From an uncultured Sphingomonadales bacterium (GTDB taxonomy: Bacteria > Pseudomonadota > Alphaproteobacteria > Sphingomonadales > Rhodothalassiaceae), in NCBI GenBank assembly GCA_964547755.1, contig CAZJPA010000001.1, positions 1 to 39,446 on the forward strand: a stretch of DNA of 39,446 bases, given 5' to 3'. A model generated the notes under the pieces. That model did not search any database and had not been told where the DNA came from. It was given only the letters and a program-made list of their open reading frames with translations. Positions 7,893 to 16,026 of the stretch are shown piece by piece. Each line of letters opens with the position of its first letter. Position 1 is the first letter of the stretch. The translations under genes and the position numbers were made by a program.

Positions 7893-9542
7893 TCACCCGC
7901 CCGCTTGTGTAGCAAGCGCGCGCAGGTCCTCCTGTGCATCCGCGGCAATGCCGCCGATCCGCGCAAGCGCGCCGGCGTGCTCGGGCATGGCCATCGCCGC
8001 TTCGCGCACGAGACGGCGCAGGTGGGCGAGCTTCGCATCCGCATCGACCCGCCCGGCCCTGAGGTCGGCGAGCGGGTCACATGCCTGTGGAATCACGCCC
8101 TGGCCCGTATAGACCGCCAGCCAGCTCGGATTGAGAAACAGCTCAGGGCCCGGCGAGACGAGCCGGCCGCAGGCGCGCCAGGCGGCAAGACGTTCGGCAA
8201 GTTCATCCGGCACCGCCATCGCCGCAAGCCGGCGCCAGAAGGGCTCGTCGCGCCGATTGGCGTGATAGTGGAGGATGATGAAATCCCGGATCCGTTCGTA
8301 TTCCTCGGCCGACAGGCGATTGAACTCGCGCGCCGACGTCTCGTCGGATGGCGACAGCGGCCAGAGTGCGAGCAGCCGGAACAGGGCCGATTGGATGAGG
8401 TGAATAGAAGTCGATTCCAACGGCTCCAGAAATCCGCCGGCCAGCCCGATGGCGACACAGTTCTTCTCCCATAGTCGCGCCCGGCGCCCGGCCGTGAAGC
8501 GGATCAGGCGGGGCTCGGCGAGCGGCTCGCCGTCGAGTGCGGCGAGCAGGGTGTCGGCGGCCTCCTCGTCCGACATCTCGGTGCTCTGATAGACGATGCC
8601 GTTGCCGATGCGGTGCTGCAGCGGGATGCGCCAGCGCCAGCCGGCGCGGTGGGCGAAGGACTGCGTGTGCGGGGTGAACGCACCACCCGCCTTCGATGGC
8701 AGCGCCACCGCCCGGTCGCAGGGCAACCAATGCGACCAATCGAGAAAGGGGACCGCCAGCGCATCGCCCAGCAGCAGTGAGCGGAAGCCCGAGCAGTCGA
8801 GAAAGAAGTCGGCCGCCAGCCGCCGGCCGTCGTCGAGGACGAGGCGGGCGATGCGTCCCGTCTCGCCGTCGCGTTCGACGCCCGCGACCCGGCCTTCGAT
8901 CCGCCGGACCCCGCGTTCTTCGGCATAGCCACGCAAAAAGGCGGCATAGCGCGTCGCATCGAGATGATAGGCGTAGTCGAAGCTGCTCTGGATGCGGCGC
9001 GGATCGGTGATCGGCCGGTCGGCGCGCCCCAGACGCGCGGCGACGGCGGCCAGCGCATATTCCTCGATCGCGCCGACGTCATGGCCCAGCGCCCGCGCCC
9101 GCAGCCAATATTGGTGCAAGGGCACGATGTCGAAGTCCACCGCATAGCGTCCGAAGGGGTGGATATAGCGTTCGCCCGGCGCACCCCAGCCGATGAATTC
9201 GATACCCAGCTTGATGCTGCCGCGCACCGCGCGCAGGAATGCGCCTTCATCGATGCCGAGGCGGTGGTTGAACAGCTTCAAGGGCGGGATCGTCGCCTCA
9301 CCGACGCCGATGGTGCCGATCGCGGCCGACTCGACGAGGGTGATCGCGATCCGAGCCCCCAAAGTCTCGGACAGGATCGCCGCCGCCATCCAGCCGGCCG
9401 TGCCGCCGCCCAGGATCAGAACCGAACGGATGCCGCCGACCGCCGGCGCGGATCGGGCGCCGCCCTTCCCACCGGCCTGTTGGGCGTCGCATCCCTCTGC
9501 ATCCCGATGTTTCCGCTGTCCGTCCTGTTCGACTCCAGCCAT
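7893..9542 (-). CDS. Flavin-dependent (tryptophan-type) halogenase-like protein, paralogue 2
   Basis: Motifs present are GGGTAGWMAA (FAD binding), GVGEATIP, GSIKLGIEFIGW (Lys equivalent to PrnA K79), GWRWRIPLQHRIGNGIVY (WxWxIP) and GGFLEPLESTSI (Glu equivalent to PrnA E346). I moved the start to the ATG at 9542, which is preceded by GGGGAGGA. The track ORF extends to 9596. Confidence 0.88.
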   Translation of the reverse strand: MAGVEQDGQRKHRDAEGCDAQQAGGKGGARSAPAVGGIRSVLILGGGTAGWMAAAILSETLGARIAITLVESAAIGTIGVGEATIPPLKLFNHRLGIDEGAFLRAVRGSIKLGIEFIGWGAPGERYIHPFGRYAVDFDIVPLHQYWLRARALGHDVGAIEEYALAAVAARLGRADRPITDPRRIQSSFDYAYHLDATRYAAFLRGYAEERGVRRIEGRVAGVERDGETGRIARLVLDDGRRLAADFFLDCSGFRSLLLGDALAVPFLDWSHWLPCDRAVALPSKAGGAFTPHTQSFAHRAGWRWRIPLQHRIGNGIVYQSTEMSDEEAADTLLAALDGEPLAEPRLIRFTAGRRARLWEKNCVAIGLAGGFLEPLESTSIHLIQSALFRLLALWPLSPSDETSAREFNRLSAEEYERIRDFIILHYHANRRDEPFWRRLAAMAVPDELAERLAAWRACGRLVSPGPELFLNPSWLAVYTGQGVIPQACDPLADLRAGRVDADAKLAHLRRLVREAAMAMPEHAGALARIGGIAADAQEDLRALATQAGG

Positions 9543-9708
9543 CGCATCCTCCCCGATCGGTGCGCCGCGCGGCCCGCGATCCGATGACAGCCGCACTCCG
9601 GCCCGAGCGATGCTGCGTTGCCGGCCGGGCCGGCGTCAATGCAGGGGCGCCGGTCAGAGCAAAGACGGCCGACCAGATCGCTGCCCGCACCACCAACGCG
9701 ACGGGTAG

Positions 9709-9745
9709 TTTGCATTTTTCTTGCGCATAGTGCAATTATTTGCTT
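9709..9745. promoter_or_regulatory. AT-rich phased TGC(A/G) array in the divergent halogenase-2 / GH97 control region
   Basis: The sequence is GTTTGCATTTTTCTTGCGCATAGTGCAATTATTTGC. TGC cores start at 9711, 9722, 9731 and 9741, a spacing of 11, 9 and 10 nt (about one helical turn). An extremely AT-rich stretch follows at about 9796-9828 (GAAAATTTCTTGATATATTAGAATATGTTATGAG) and holds several -10-like hexamers. Confidence 0.4.
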
Positions 9746-9856
9746 CGCTTTCTGCGCGGATTGACCGATATTGATTCGGGTGGTGGAGCCGTGAGAAAAT
9801 TTCTTGATATATTAGAATATGTTATGAGACTACCGCTCATGGCGGTCTCGTCTCCG

Positions 9857-9912
9857 AAAATGCAAATTGCAAATGATTCTTGTCGGTTTGCAAATAATGA
9901 GCGGCAATTTGC
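9857..9912. promoter_or_regulatory. Candidate operator cluster at the 5' end of the GH97 gene
   Basis: It contains TGCAAATTGCA (9861-9871), the same perfect palindrome as at 4217-4227. It also contains TTTGCAAA (9887-9894, a palindrome) and GCAATTTGC (9904-9912). Confidence 0.45.
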
Positions 9913-12040
9913 GGCGGTGACTTGCCGCCACGGCGGCCGGCGCGCCGGGCTTGTTGGCCTGATCCTGATCGCCGTCTTGACGGCCGTCGGCACCGGCGGG
10001 GCCGCGCTTGCGCGTCCTGATGATGCGGGCGGGACAGCCGTTTGTGCGCCCTGTCGGCTGCGGTCCCCGGACGGGTCCTTGATGGTGGAGGTCCGCCTCG
10101 ATGCACAGGGGCGGCCGTTCTGGCGGTTGCTGCGGTTCGGCGAGGAGGTGATCGCGCCTTCGCGTCTCGGTCTGCGGCTTGCCGGCGAGCCATCGCTGGC
10201 CGACGGACTCGTCATGCATGCGCATGCGACGCGGGAGGTGGACGAGACCTGGCAACCGGTCTGGGGACAATGGGCGCGCATCCGCAACCATTATCGAGAG
10301 CTCGTCGTCTCGCTCGCCCGCGCCGGCACACCGGAGCGCACCGCGCTGACGATCATCTTCCGTCTCTTCGATACCGGCGTCGGATTCCGCTATCATGTGC
10401 CGGCGGGCACAGCGGGCGCCGATGCGCCGCGCATCGTCGAGGACGAGCTCACCGAATTCGCCCTTGCCGGTGATCACACGGCCTGGTGGATCGGTTCCTA
10501 TCTGCCGAATCGCTACGAATACCTTTATCGCCGCGGTCCGGTCTCGGCGATCCGCGGGGCGATCACGCCGCTGACCATGAAGACGGCCACCGGGATTTAT
10601 CTCTCCATTCATGAGGCCGCGCTCGTCGACTATCCCGAAATGACCCTCTCGCGTGAAACGGGTACCACCCTCAAGGCCGATCTCGTGCCCTGGAGCGACG
10701 GCGCAAAGGCCCATCTTGCGGGCGGCTTCCGCACCCCTTGGCGGACGCTGATCGTCACCGATCGCGCGGTCGATCTGATCGCAGCCGCCGCCATCACCTT
10801 GAATCTCAACGAGCCGAGCCGGATCGCCGACACCTCCTGGATCCGGCCCGGCAAATATGTCGGGGTGTGGTGGGAGATGCACATCGGCCGCTCCACCTGG
10901 GCGACCGGTCCACGCCATGGCGCCACCACCGAAAACGTCAAGCGCTACATCGACTTCGCCGCCGCCCATGGTTTCGACGGCGTGTTGGTGGAGGGCTGGA
11001 ACGTCGGCTGGGACGGCGACTGGATGGCGAACGCCGACCGCTTCGCCTTCACGACGCCGGCACCCGACACCGACTTCGACGCGCTCGCCCGCTACGCCGC
11101 CGAAAAGGGTGTCCGGATCATCGGCCATCACGAGACCTCGGGCGGAATCGAAAACTACGAACGCCAATTGGAAGACGCCATGGCCTATATGGCCGCGCAC
11201 GGCGTGCGGGTGGTCAAGACCGGCTATGTCGCAGTCAACGGCCACATCCGCCGCCACGACGAGATGGGCCGCGAGCGCCGGGAGTGGCAGCACGGGCAAT
11301 ACATGGTCCGCCACATGCAAAAAGTTCTGGAAGTGGCGGCCCGCCACCATATCGCCATCGACACCCACGAACCGGTCAAGGATACCGGGCTGTCCCGCAC
11401 CTGGCCGAACTGGATGACGCGCGAAGGCGCACGCGGGCAGGAGTACAACGCCTGGTCGGCCGGCAATCCGCCCGACCACACCACCATCCTGCCCTTCACC
11501 CGCTTGCTCGCCGGACCGATGGATTTCACGCCCGGCATCTTCAAGCTGCGTTTTCATGGCCCCGACTCGCCGTTCCGCGTGCACACGACGCTGGCCAAGC
11601 AGCTGGCGCTTTATGTCGTCATCTACTCGCCGCTGCAGATGGCCGCCGACCTGCCGGAGAACTACGAGGCGCGGCCGGATGCCTTTCGCTTCATCGAGGA
11701 CGTGCCGACCGACTGGCGCGACACCCGCGCGCTGATGGGCGAGATCGGCGATTACCTGGTGGTCGCGCGCGCCGACAAGCGCAGCCGCGACTGGTATCTC
11801 GGCGCGATCACCGACGAGCACGGCCGCCGCCTCGTCGTCGATCTCGGCTTTCTCGAATCCGGTCGGCGCTATCGTGCCGACATCTATCGCGACGGCGAGG
11901 ATGCCGACTGGCGCACCAATCCCGAATCGCTGGCCATCGAGCATCGCATCGTGACGTCCGCCGACCGGCTGATCCTGCAGTTGGCGCCGGGCGGTGGCAC
12001 GGCGATCCGCTTTGCGGCCCTGCCGGCGAAGACGCCCTGA
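9860..12040 (+). CDS. GH97 alpha-glucosidase (SusB-like), exported
   Basis: GH97 hallmarks are present: FRLFDTGVGFRYHVP, GFDGVLVEGWNVGWDGDW, IGHHETSGGIENYE, VKTGYV and REGARGQEYNAW. The N-terminus has an RR-containing signal sequence (GGRRAGLVGLILIAVLTAVGTGGAALA). The start is uncertain. The ATG at 9860 overlaps the operator palindrome, and the in-frame GTG at 9917 would give MTCRHGGRRAGLVGL... The track's 9740 start lies in the promoter. Confidence 0.9.
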   Translation: MQIANDSCRFANNERQFAAVTCRHGGRRAGLVGLILIAVLTAVGTGGAALARPDDAGGTAVCAPCRLRSPDGSLMVEVRLDAQGRPFWRLLRFGEEVIAPSRLGLRLAGEPSLADGLVMHAHATREVDETWQPVWGQWARIRNHYRELVVSLARAGTPERTALTIIFRLFDTGVGFRYHVPAGTAGADAPRIVEDELTEFALAGDHTAWWIGSYLPNRYEYLYRRGPVSAIRGAITPLTMKTATGIYLSIHEAALVDYPEMTLSRETGTTLKADLVPWSDGAKAHLAGGFRTPWRTLIVTDRAVDLIAAAAITLNLNEPSRIADTSWIRPGKYVGVWWEMHIGRSTWATGPRHGATTENVKRYIDFAAAHGFDGVLVEGWNVGWDGDWMANADRFAFTTPAPDTDFDALARYAAEKGVRIIGHHETSGGIENYERQLEDAMAYMAAHGVRVVKTGYVAVNGHIRRHDEMGRERREWQHGQYMVRHMQKVLEVAARHHIAIDTHEPVKDTGLSRTWPNWMTREGARGQEYNAWSAGNPPDHTTILPFTRLLAGPMDFTPGIFKLRFHGPDSPFRVHTTLAKQLALYVVIYSPLQMAADLPENYEARPDAFRFIEDVPTDWRDTRALMGEIGDYLVVARADKRSRDWYLGAITDEHGRRLVVDLGFLESGRRYRADIYRDGEDADWRTNPESLAIEHRIVTSADRLILQLAPGGGTAIRFAALPAKTP

Positions 12041-12109
12041 GCCGATCGGCCGCCGCAGCAAACCTGCACGCAAGGGGATATCGTCAAACAGTCACAGGAG
12101 GAGAGGAAC

Positions 12110-14305
12110 ATGACCAATCCATCACGAATGTCTGGATCGACACCCAGCGCCACGAGACCGGCGCACAGCCGCATCGCCTCTTTGCGCCGCCGGCTTGGTG
12201 CCGGCTTGGTGCTCGGACTGCTGGCGGCCGGCGCGCTCGCCCCGGCGGGCCGAGCCGGCAATGTTTCGAACGACGTCGATTACACCCGTGACGTCGTCTA
12301 CCAGATCGTCACCGACCGCTTCGTCAACGGCGACCCCACCAATGACGCGACCGGCGCGCTGGCGAGCCCGGGGTGTGCGGATCTGCGCAAGTATTGCGGC
12401 GGCGACTGGGCCGGCATCGTCCAGAAGATCCAGGACGGCTATCTAACAGACATGGGGGTGGGCGCGATCTGGATCTCGCAACCGGTCGAGAACATCTTCG
12501 CGGTCACGCCGGATGCCACGGGAGCCACCTCGTATCACGGCTTCTGGGCGCGCGACTACAAGCGGCCCAACCCCTTCTTCGGCTCGATGGCCGACTTCGC
12601 CAATCTGATCGCGGTGGCGCATGCCAACGGCATCAAGGTGATCATCGACTTCACGCCGAACCACACCTCACCCTCGCGCGAAGGCGATCCCTCCTATATG
12701 GAGGACGGCGCGCTCTACGACGACGGCATCTTCATCGCCTCTTTGAACAACGACCCGACGGGGCTCTTCCATCACAATGGCGGCACCGATTTCTCGACCT
12801 ATGAAGACGGCATCTATCGCAGCCTCTTCGACCTTGCCGACTATGACCAACAGAACCCGACCCTCGATTCCTACATGAAGGCGGCGATCGCGCTCTGGCT
12901 GGACATGGGCGTGGACGGGGTGCGCGTCGATGCGGTCAAGCACATGCCACCGGGTTGGACGAAGAATTGGGTGGATGCGCTCTATGCGCATCGCGCCGTC
13001 TTCACCTTCGGCGAATGGTTCTTGGGCGTCGGCGAGGTCGATCCGCTCAATCATCGCTTCGCCAACGAGAGCGGTATGAGCCTGCTCGACTTCCGCTACG
13101 GCCAGACGATCCGGCAGGTGCTGCGCGACGGCACGGCCAGCTGGTACGACTTCGACGCCATGATCCAGGGCACCGCGGCCGACTATGACGAGGTGATCGA
13201 CCAGCTGCCCTTCATCGACAATCACGACATGGCGCGCTTCCATCAGCCGGGCGCCGATCCGCGCCGCACCGACATGGCGCTCGCCGTGTTGCTGACCTCA
13301 CGCGGCACACCGGTCGTCTATTACGGAACCGAGCAATACATGACGGGTTCGGGCGACCCCACCAATCGTGCGATGATGACCGGTTTCGATCGCACCACCC
13401 GCGCCTACCGGATCATCCAGACTCTCGCGGCCTTGCGTCGCAGCAACCCGGCGCTCGCCTGGGGCACGACGCAGCAACGCTGGATCAACAACGACGTCTA
13501 CATCTATGAACGGCGGTTCCGCGGCCATGTCGTGCTGGTGGCGATCAACCGTTCGACGAGCGCGACCGTCACCATCACCGGCCTCTATACGGCCCTGCCG
13601 GCGGGCGGCTATGCAGACGTGCTCGGCGGCCTGCTCGACGGCAATGCCATCACCGTCAACGCCGACGGCTCGGTCGTGCCTTTCGCGCTCGCGCCCGGTG
13701 AAGTCGCCGTCTGGCAGGCCAATGCGCCGGCAAGCGGCCCGGCGATCGGCCATGTCGGCCCGATGATGGGGCGCGTCGGTGCCACCGTCACCATCGACGG
13801 CGAGGGCTTCGGCGCGCAGGCCGGTCAGGTCCTCTTCGGTGCGACCGCAGCATCCGTTCAGAGCTGGTCGGACAGCCGGATCACGGTCACGGTGCCGAAC
13901 CTTCCCGGCAGCGTCCAGGACATCACGGTGAAGACGAGCGGTGGTGTGACAAGCGCGCCCTATCCCCGTTTCGAGATCCTGACAGGACCACAGGTGTCGG
14001 TGCGCTTCATCGTCGACAACGCCACCACCTTCTTCGGTCAGAACGTCTATCTGACGGGTTCGGTCCACGAGCTCGGAAACTGGAGTACGGCCGACGGTGT
14101 TGCCATCGGCCCGTTCTTCAATCAGGTGGAGGAAGCCTATCCGAGCTGGTATTTCGACGTCAGCGTGCCGGCCGGACGATGGATCGAGTTCAAGTTCATC
14201 AAGCGTGACGGTGCCGGCAACGTCGTCTGGGAGGGCGGCTGGAACCACGGCTTCACCAGTCCGGCGAGCGGCACGGCGACGATCCGGGTGAACTGGCAGA
14301 ACTAA
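12110..14305 (+). CDS. Cyclomaltodextrin glucanotransferase-like GH13 enzyme with five domains A-E, including an IPT/TIG-like domain and a C-terminal CBM20 starch-binding domain; secreted
   Basis: From memory, it is collinear end to end with Bacillus CGTases. Matching segments are [101 protein letters not shown] and [49 protein letters not shown] strong Shine-Dalgarno sequence (AGGAGGAGAGG) precedes the ATG at 12110. The signal peptide has an RRR n-region. Confidence 0.88.
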   Translation: MTNPSRMSGSTPSATRPAHSRIASLRRRLGAGLVLGLLAAGALAPAGRAGNVSNDVDYTRDVVYQIVTDRFVNGDPTNDATGALASPGCADLRKYCGGDWAGIVQKIQDGYLTDMGVGAIWISQPVENIFAVTPDATGATSYHGFWARDYKRPNPFFGSMADFANLIAVAHANGIKVIIDFTPNHTSPSREGDPSYMEDGALYDDGIFIASLNNDPTGLFHHNGGTDFSTYEDGIYRSLFDLADYDQQNPTLDSYMKAAIALWLDMGVDGVRVDAVKHMPPGWTKNWVDALYAHRAVFTFGEWFLGVGEVDPLNHRFANESGMSLLDFRYGQTIRQVLRDGTASWYDFDAMIQGTAADYDEVIDQLPFIDNHDMARFHQPGADPRRTDMALAVLLTSRGTPVVYYGTEQYMTGSGDPTNRAMMTGFDRTTRAYRIIQTLAALRRSNPALAWGTTQQRWINNDVYIYERRFRGHVVLVAINRSTSATVTITGLYTALPAGGYADVLGGLLDGNAITVNADGSVVPFALAPGEVAVWQANAPASGPAIGHVGPMMGRVGATVTIDGEGFGAQAGQVLFGATAASVQSWSDSRITVTVPNLPGSVQDITVKTSGGVTSAPYPRFEILTGPQVSVRFIVDNATTFFGQNVYLTGSVHELGNWSTADGVAIGPFFNQVEEAYPSWYFDVSVPAGRWIEFKFIKRDGAGNVVWEGGWNHGFTSPASGTATIRVNWQN

Positions 14306-14323
14306 CCCGGGAAGGGTTGTCGG

Positions 14324-14354
14324 CGGGACCGGGCGCGCATGGTGCCCGGTCCCG
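14324..14354 (+). other. GC-rich stem-loop between the CGTase-like gene and the first symporter gene (possible attenuator or mRNA stabiliser)
   Basis: CGGGACCGGGC (14324-14334) pairs perfectly with GCCCGGTCCCG (14344-14354), giving an 11-bp stem that could extend two more pairs. No U-tract follows, so it is not a canonical intrinsic terminator. Confidence 0.35.
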
Positions 14355-14409
14355 GCACCGAATTCACCGGCACCGATTCAAAAGGGACGTTTCAACGGGG
14401 AGGAGGTCC

Positions 14410-16020
14410 ATGAAAAGCCATCTGGCCGCTGTCGACTGGGCGATTATCGCCGTCTATTTCGCGATCGTCTTCGCGGTCGCGGCGTGGGCCCGCTGGGGAG
14501 GGCGCCATACCCGCGACACCGAAGACTATTTCCTCGCCGGACGCAAAGCCGGTTGGCTGGTGATCGGGGCGTCGCTGTTCGCTTCCAACATCGGTTCCGA
14601 ACATCTCGTGGGGCTTGCCGGCTCGGGTGCGGCCAGCGGGGTTCCGGTCGCCCAGTTCGAGATCATCGCGGGACTCGTGCTTCTTCTGCTCGGCTGGCTG
14701 TTCGTCCCCTTCTATTTGAGGAGCGGCGTCTTCACGATGCCGGAGTTCCTCGAGCGCCGCTATTCATCGGGCGCGCGCACCTATCTCGCGGTGATCTCGA
14801 TCGTCGGCTACGTGCTGACCAAGATCGCGGTCACCATCGCCGCCGGCGGCATCATCTTCGAGTCGCTGATGGGGATCGACTTCTGGACCGGCGCCCTCGT
14901 CGTGGTGGCGGCGACCGGTCTTTATACCCTGGCCGGCGGTCTCAAGGCGGTGCTCTATACCGACCTCGTTCAGACCGTGATTCTGCTCGCCGGTGCCGGT
15001 ATCGTCACCTGGCTGGGGCTCGATGCGGCGGGCGGCTGGGATGGCGTGCGGATGAGCGCGGGCAGCGCGCATTTCGATCTCTGGCGCACGCTTTCGGATC
15101 CGGAATTCCCCTGGACCGGGATCCTCTTCGGCGCACCGATCCTGGGGGTGTGGTACTGGTGCACGGACCAGTACATCGTCCAGCGGGTGCTGTCCGCCAA
15201 GAGCGAGACGGATGCGCGCCGCGGCACCATCCTCGCCGGTTTCCTGAAGCAGCTTCCCCTCTTTCTCTTCGTCCTGCCGGGCATCGTCGCCTTCGCGCTC
15301 GCCCAGCAGGGTGCGATCGTCCTCGATCGATCCGACGCCGCACTTCCCGCCCTCATCGGCCATGTCCTGCCGGTGGGGCTCAAAGGGGTGGTGGTCGCCG
15401 GATTCCTGGCCGCGCTGATGAGTTCGCTGTCTTCCGTCTTCAACTCCTGCGCCACCGTGTTCACGATCGACATCTACAAGCGTCTACACCCGCGCGCCGG
15501 CGAGCGCCATCTCGTCGTCGTCGGGCAATTGGCGGTGCTGGCCCTGATCGGCCTCGGAATCGCCTGGATCCCCTTCATGGGGGCGATCTCGGGCCGGCTG
15601 TTCACCTATCTGCAGAGTGTCCAGGCCTATATCTCGCCGCCGATCGCCGCCGTCTTCCTGGTCGGCGTGCTGTGGCCGCGGGCCAATGCGCGCGGTGCGG
15701 CGGCGGCGCTGGCGGTCGGCTTCGTCGGCGGGCTCGCGCGGCTCGTGGCCGAGTTGGCTGAAGCGCATCTTTCCGGCTGGTGGCTTGCCTTCGCGCAGGT
15801 CAACTTCCTGCATATCGCGATTGGTCTGTTCACGCTTTCGGTCTTCGTGCTGGTGATGGTCAGCCTGACGAGCGCGCCGCCGCCTGAAGACGTGCGTCGG
15901 CTGACCTTCGCCGGCGGCCTGCGCCCCGGCGGAACCGCGTCCGCGCGCCGCGCCGATCTCGCCTTGAGCCTGCTGCTCGTCGCCCTCATCGGCGCCGTCT
16001 GGCTCACCTTCAGCGGGTGA
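14410..16020 (+). CDS. Sodium:solute symporter (SSS family, SGLT-type sugar transporter) 1
   Basis: Family signatures are DYFLAGRKAGWLVIGASLFASNIGSEHLVGLAGSG and TMPEFLERRYS, and the protein is polytopic throughout. I moved the start to the ATG at 14410, preceded by GGGGAGGAGG. The track ORF begins at 14317. Confidence 0.9.
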   Translation: MKSHLAAVDWAIIAVYFAIVFAVAAWARWGGRHTRDTEDYFLAGRKAGWLVIGASLFASNIGSEHLVGLAGSGAASGVPVAQFEIIAGLVLLLLGWLFVPFYLRSGVFTMPEFLERRYSSGARTYLAVISIVGYVLTKIAVTIAAGGIIFESLMGIDFWTGALVVVAATGLYTLAGGLKAVLYTDLVQTVILLAGAGIVTWLGLDAAGGWDGVRMSAGSAHFDLWRTLSDPEFPWTGILFGAPILGVWYWCTDQYIVQRVLSAKSETDARRGTILAGFLKQLPLFLFVLPGIVAFALAQQGAIVLDRSDAALPALIGHVLPVGLKGVVVAGFLAALMSSLSSVFNSCATVFTIDIYKRLHPRAGERHLVVVGQLAVLALIGLGIAWIPFMGAISGRLFTYLQSVQAYISPPIAAVFLVGVLWPRANARGAAAALAVGFVGGLARLVAELAEAHLSGWWLAFAQVNFLHIAIGLFTLSVFVLVMVSLTSAPPPEDVRRLTFAGGLRPGGTASARRADLALSLLLVALIGAVWLTFSG

Positions 16021-16026
16021 GGCGAC

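Noticed and set aside
9830-12073. A 747-aa minus-strand ORF, and a 517-aa plus-strand ORF at 10738..12291
   Set aside because: The first is antisense and the second out of frame to the GH97 gene, which has clear family motifs. The translations are Arg/Pro/Gly-rich nonsense.
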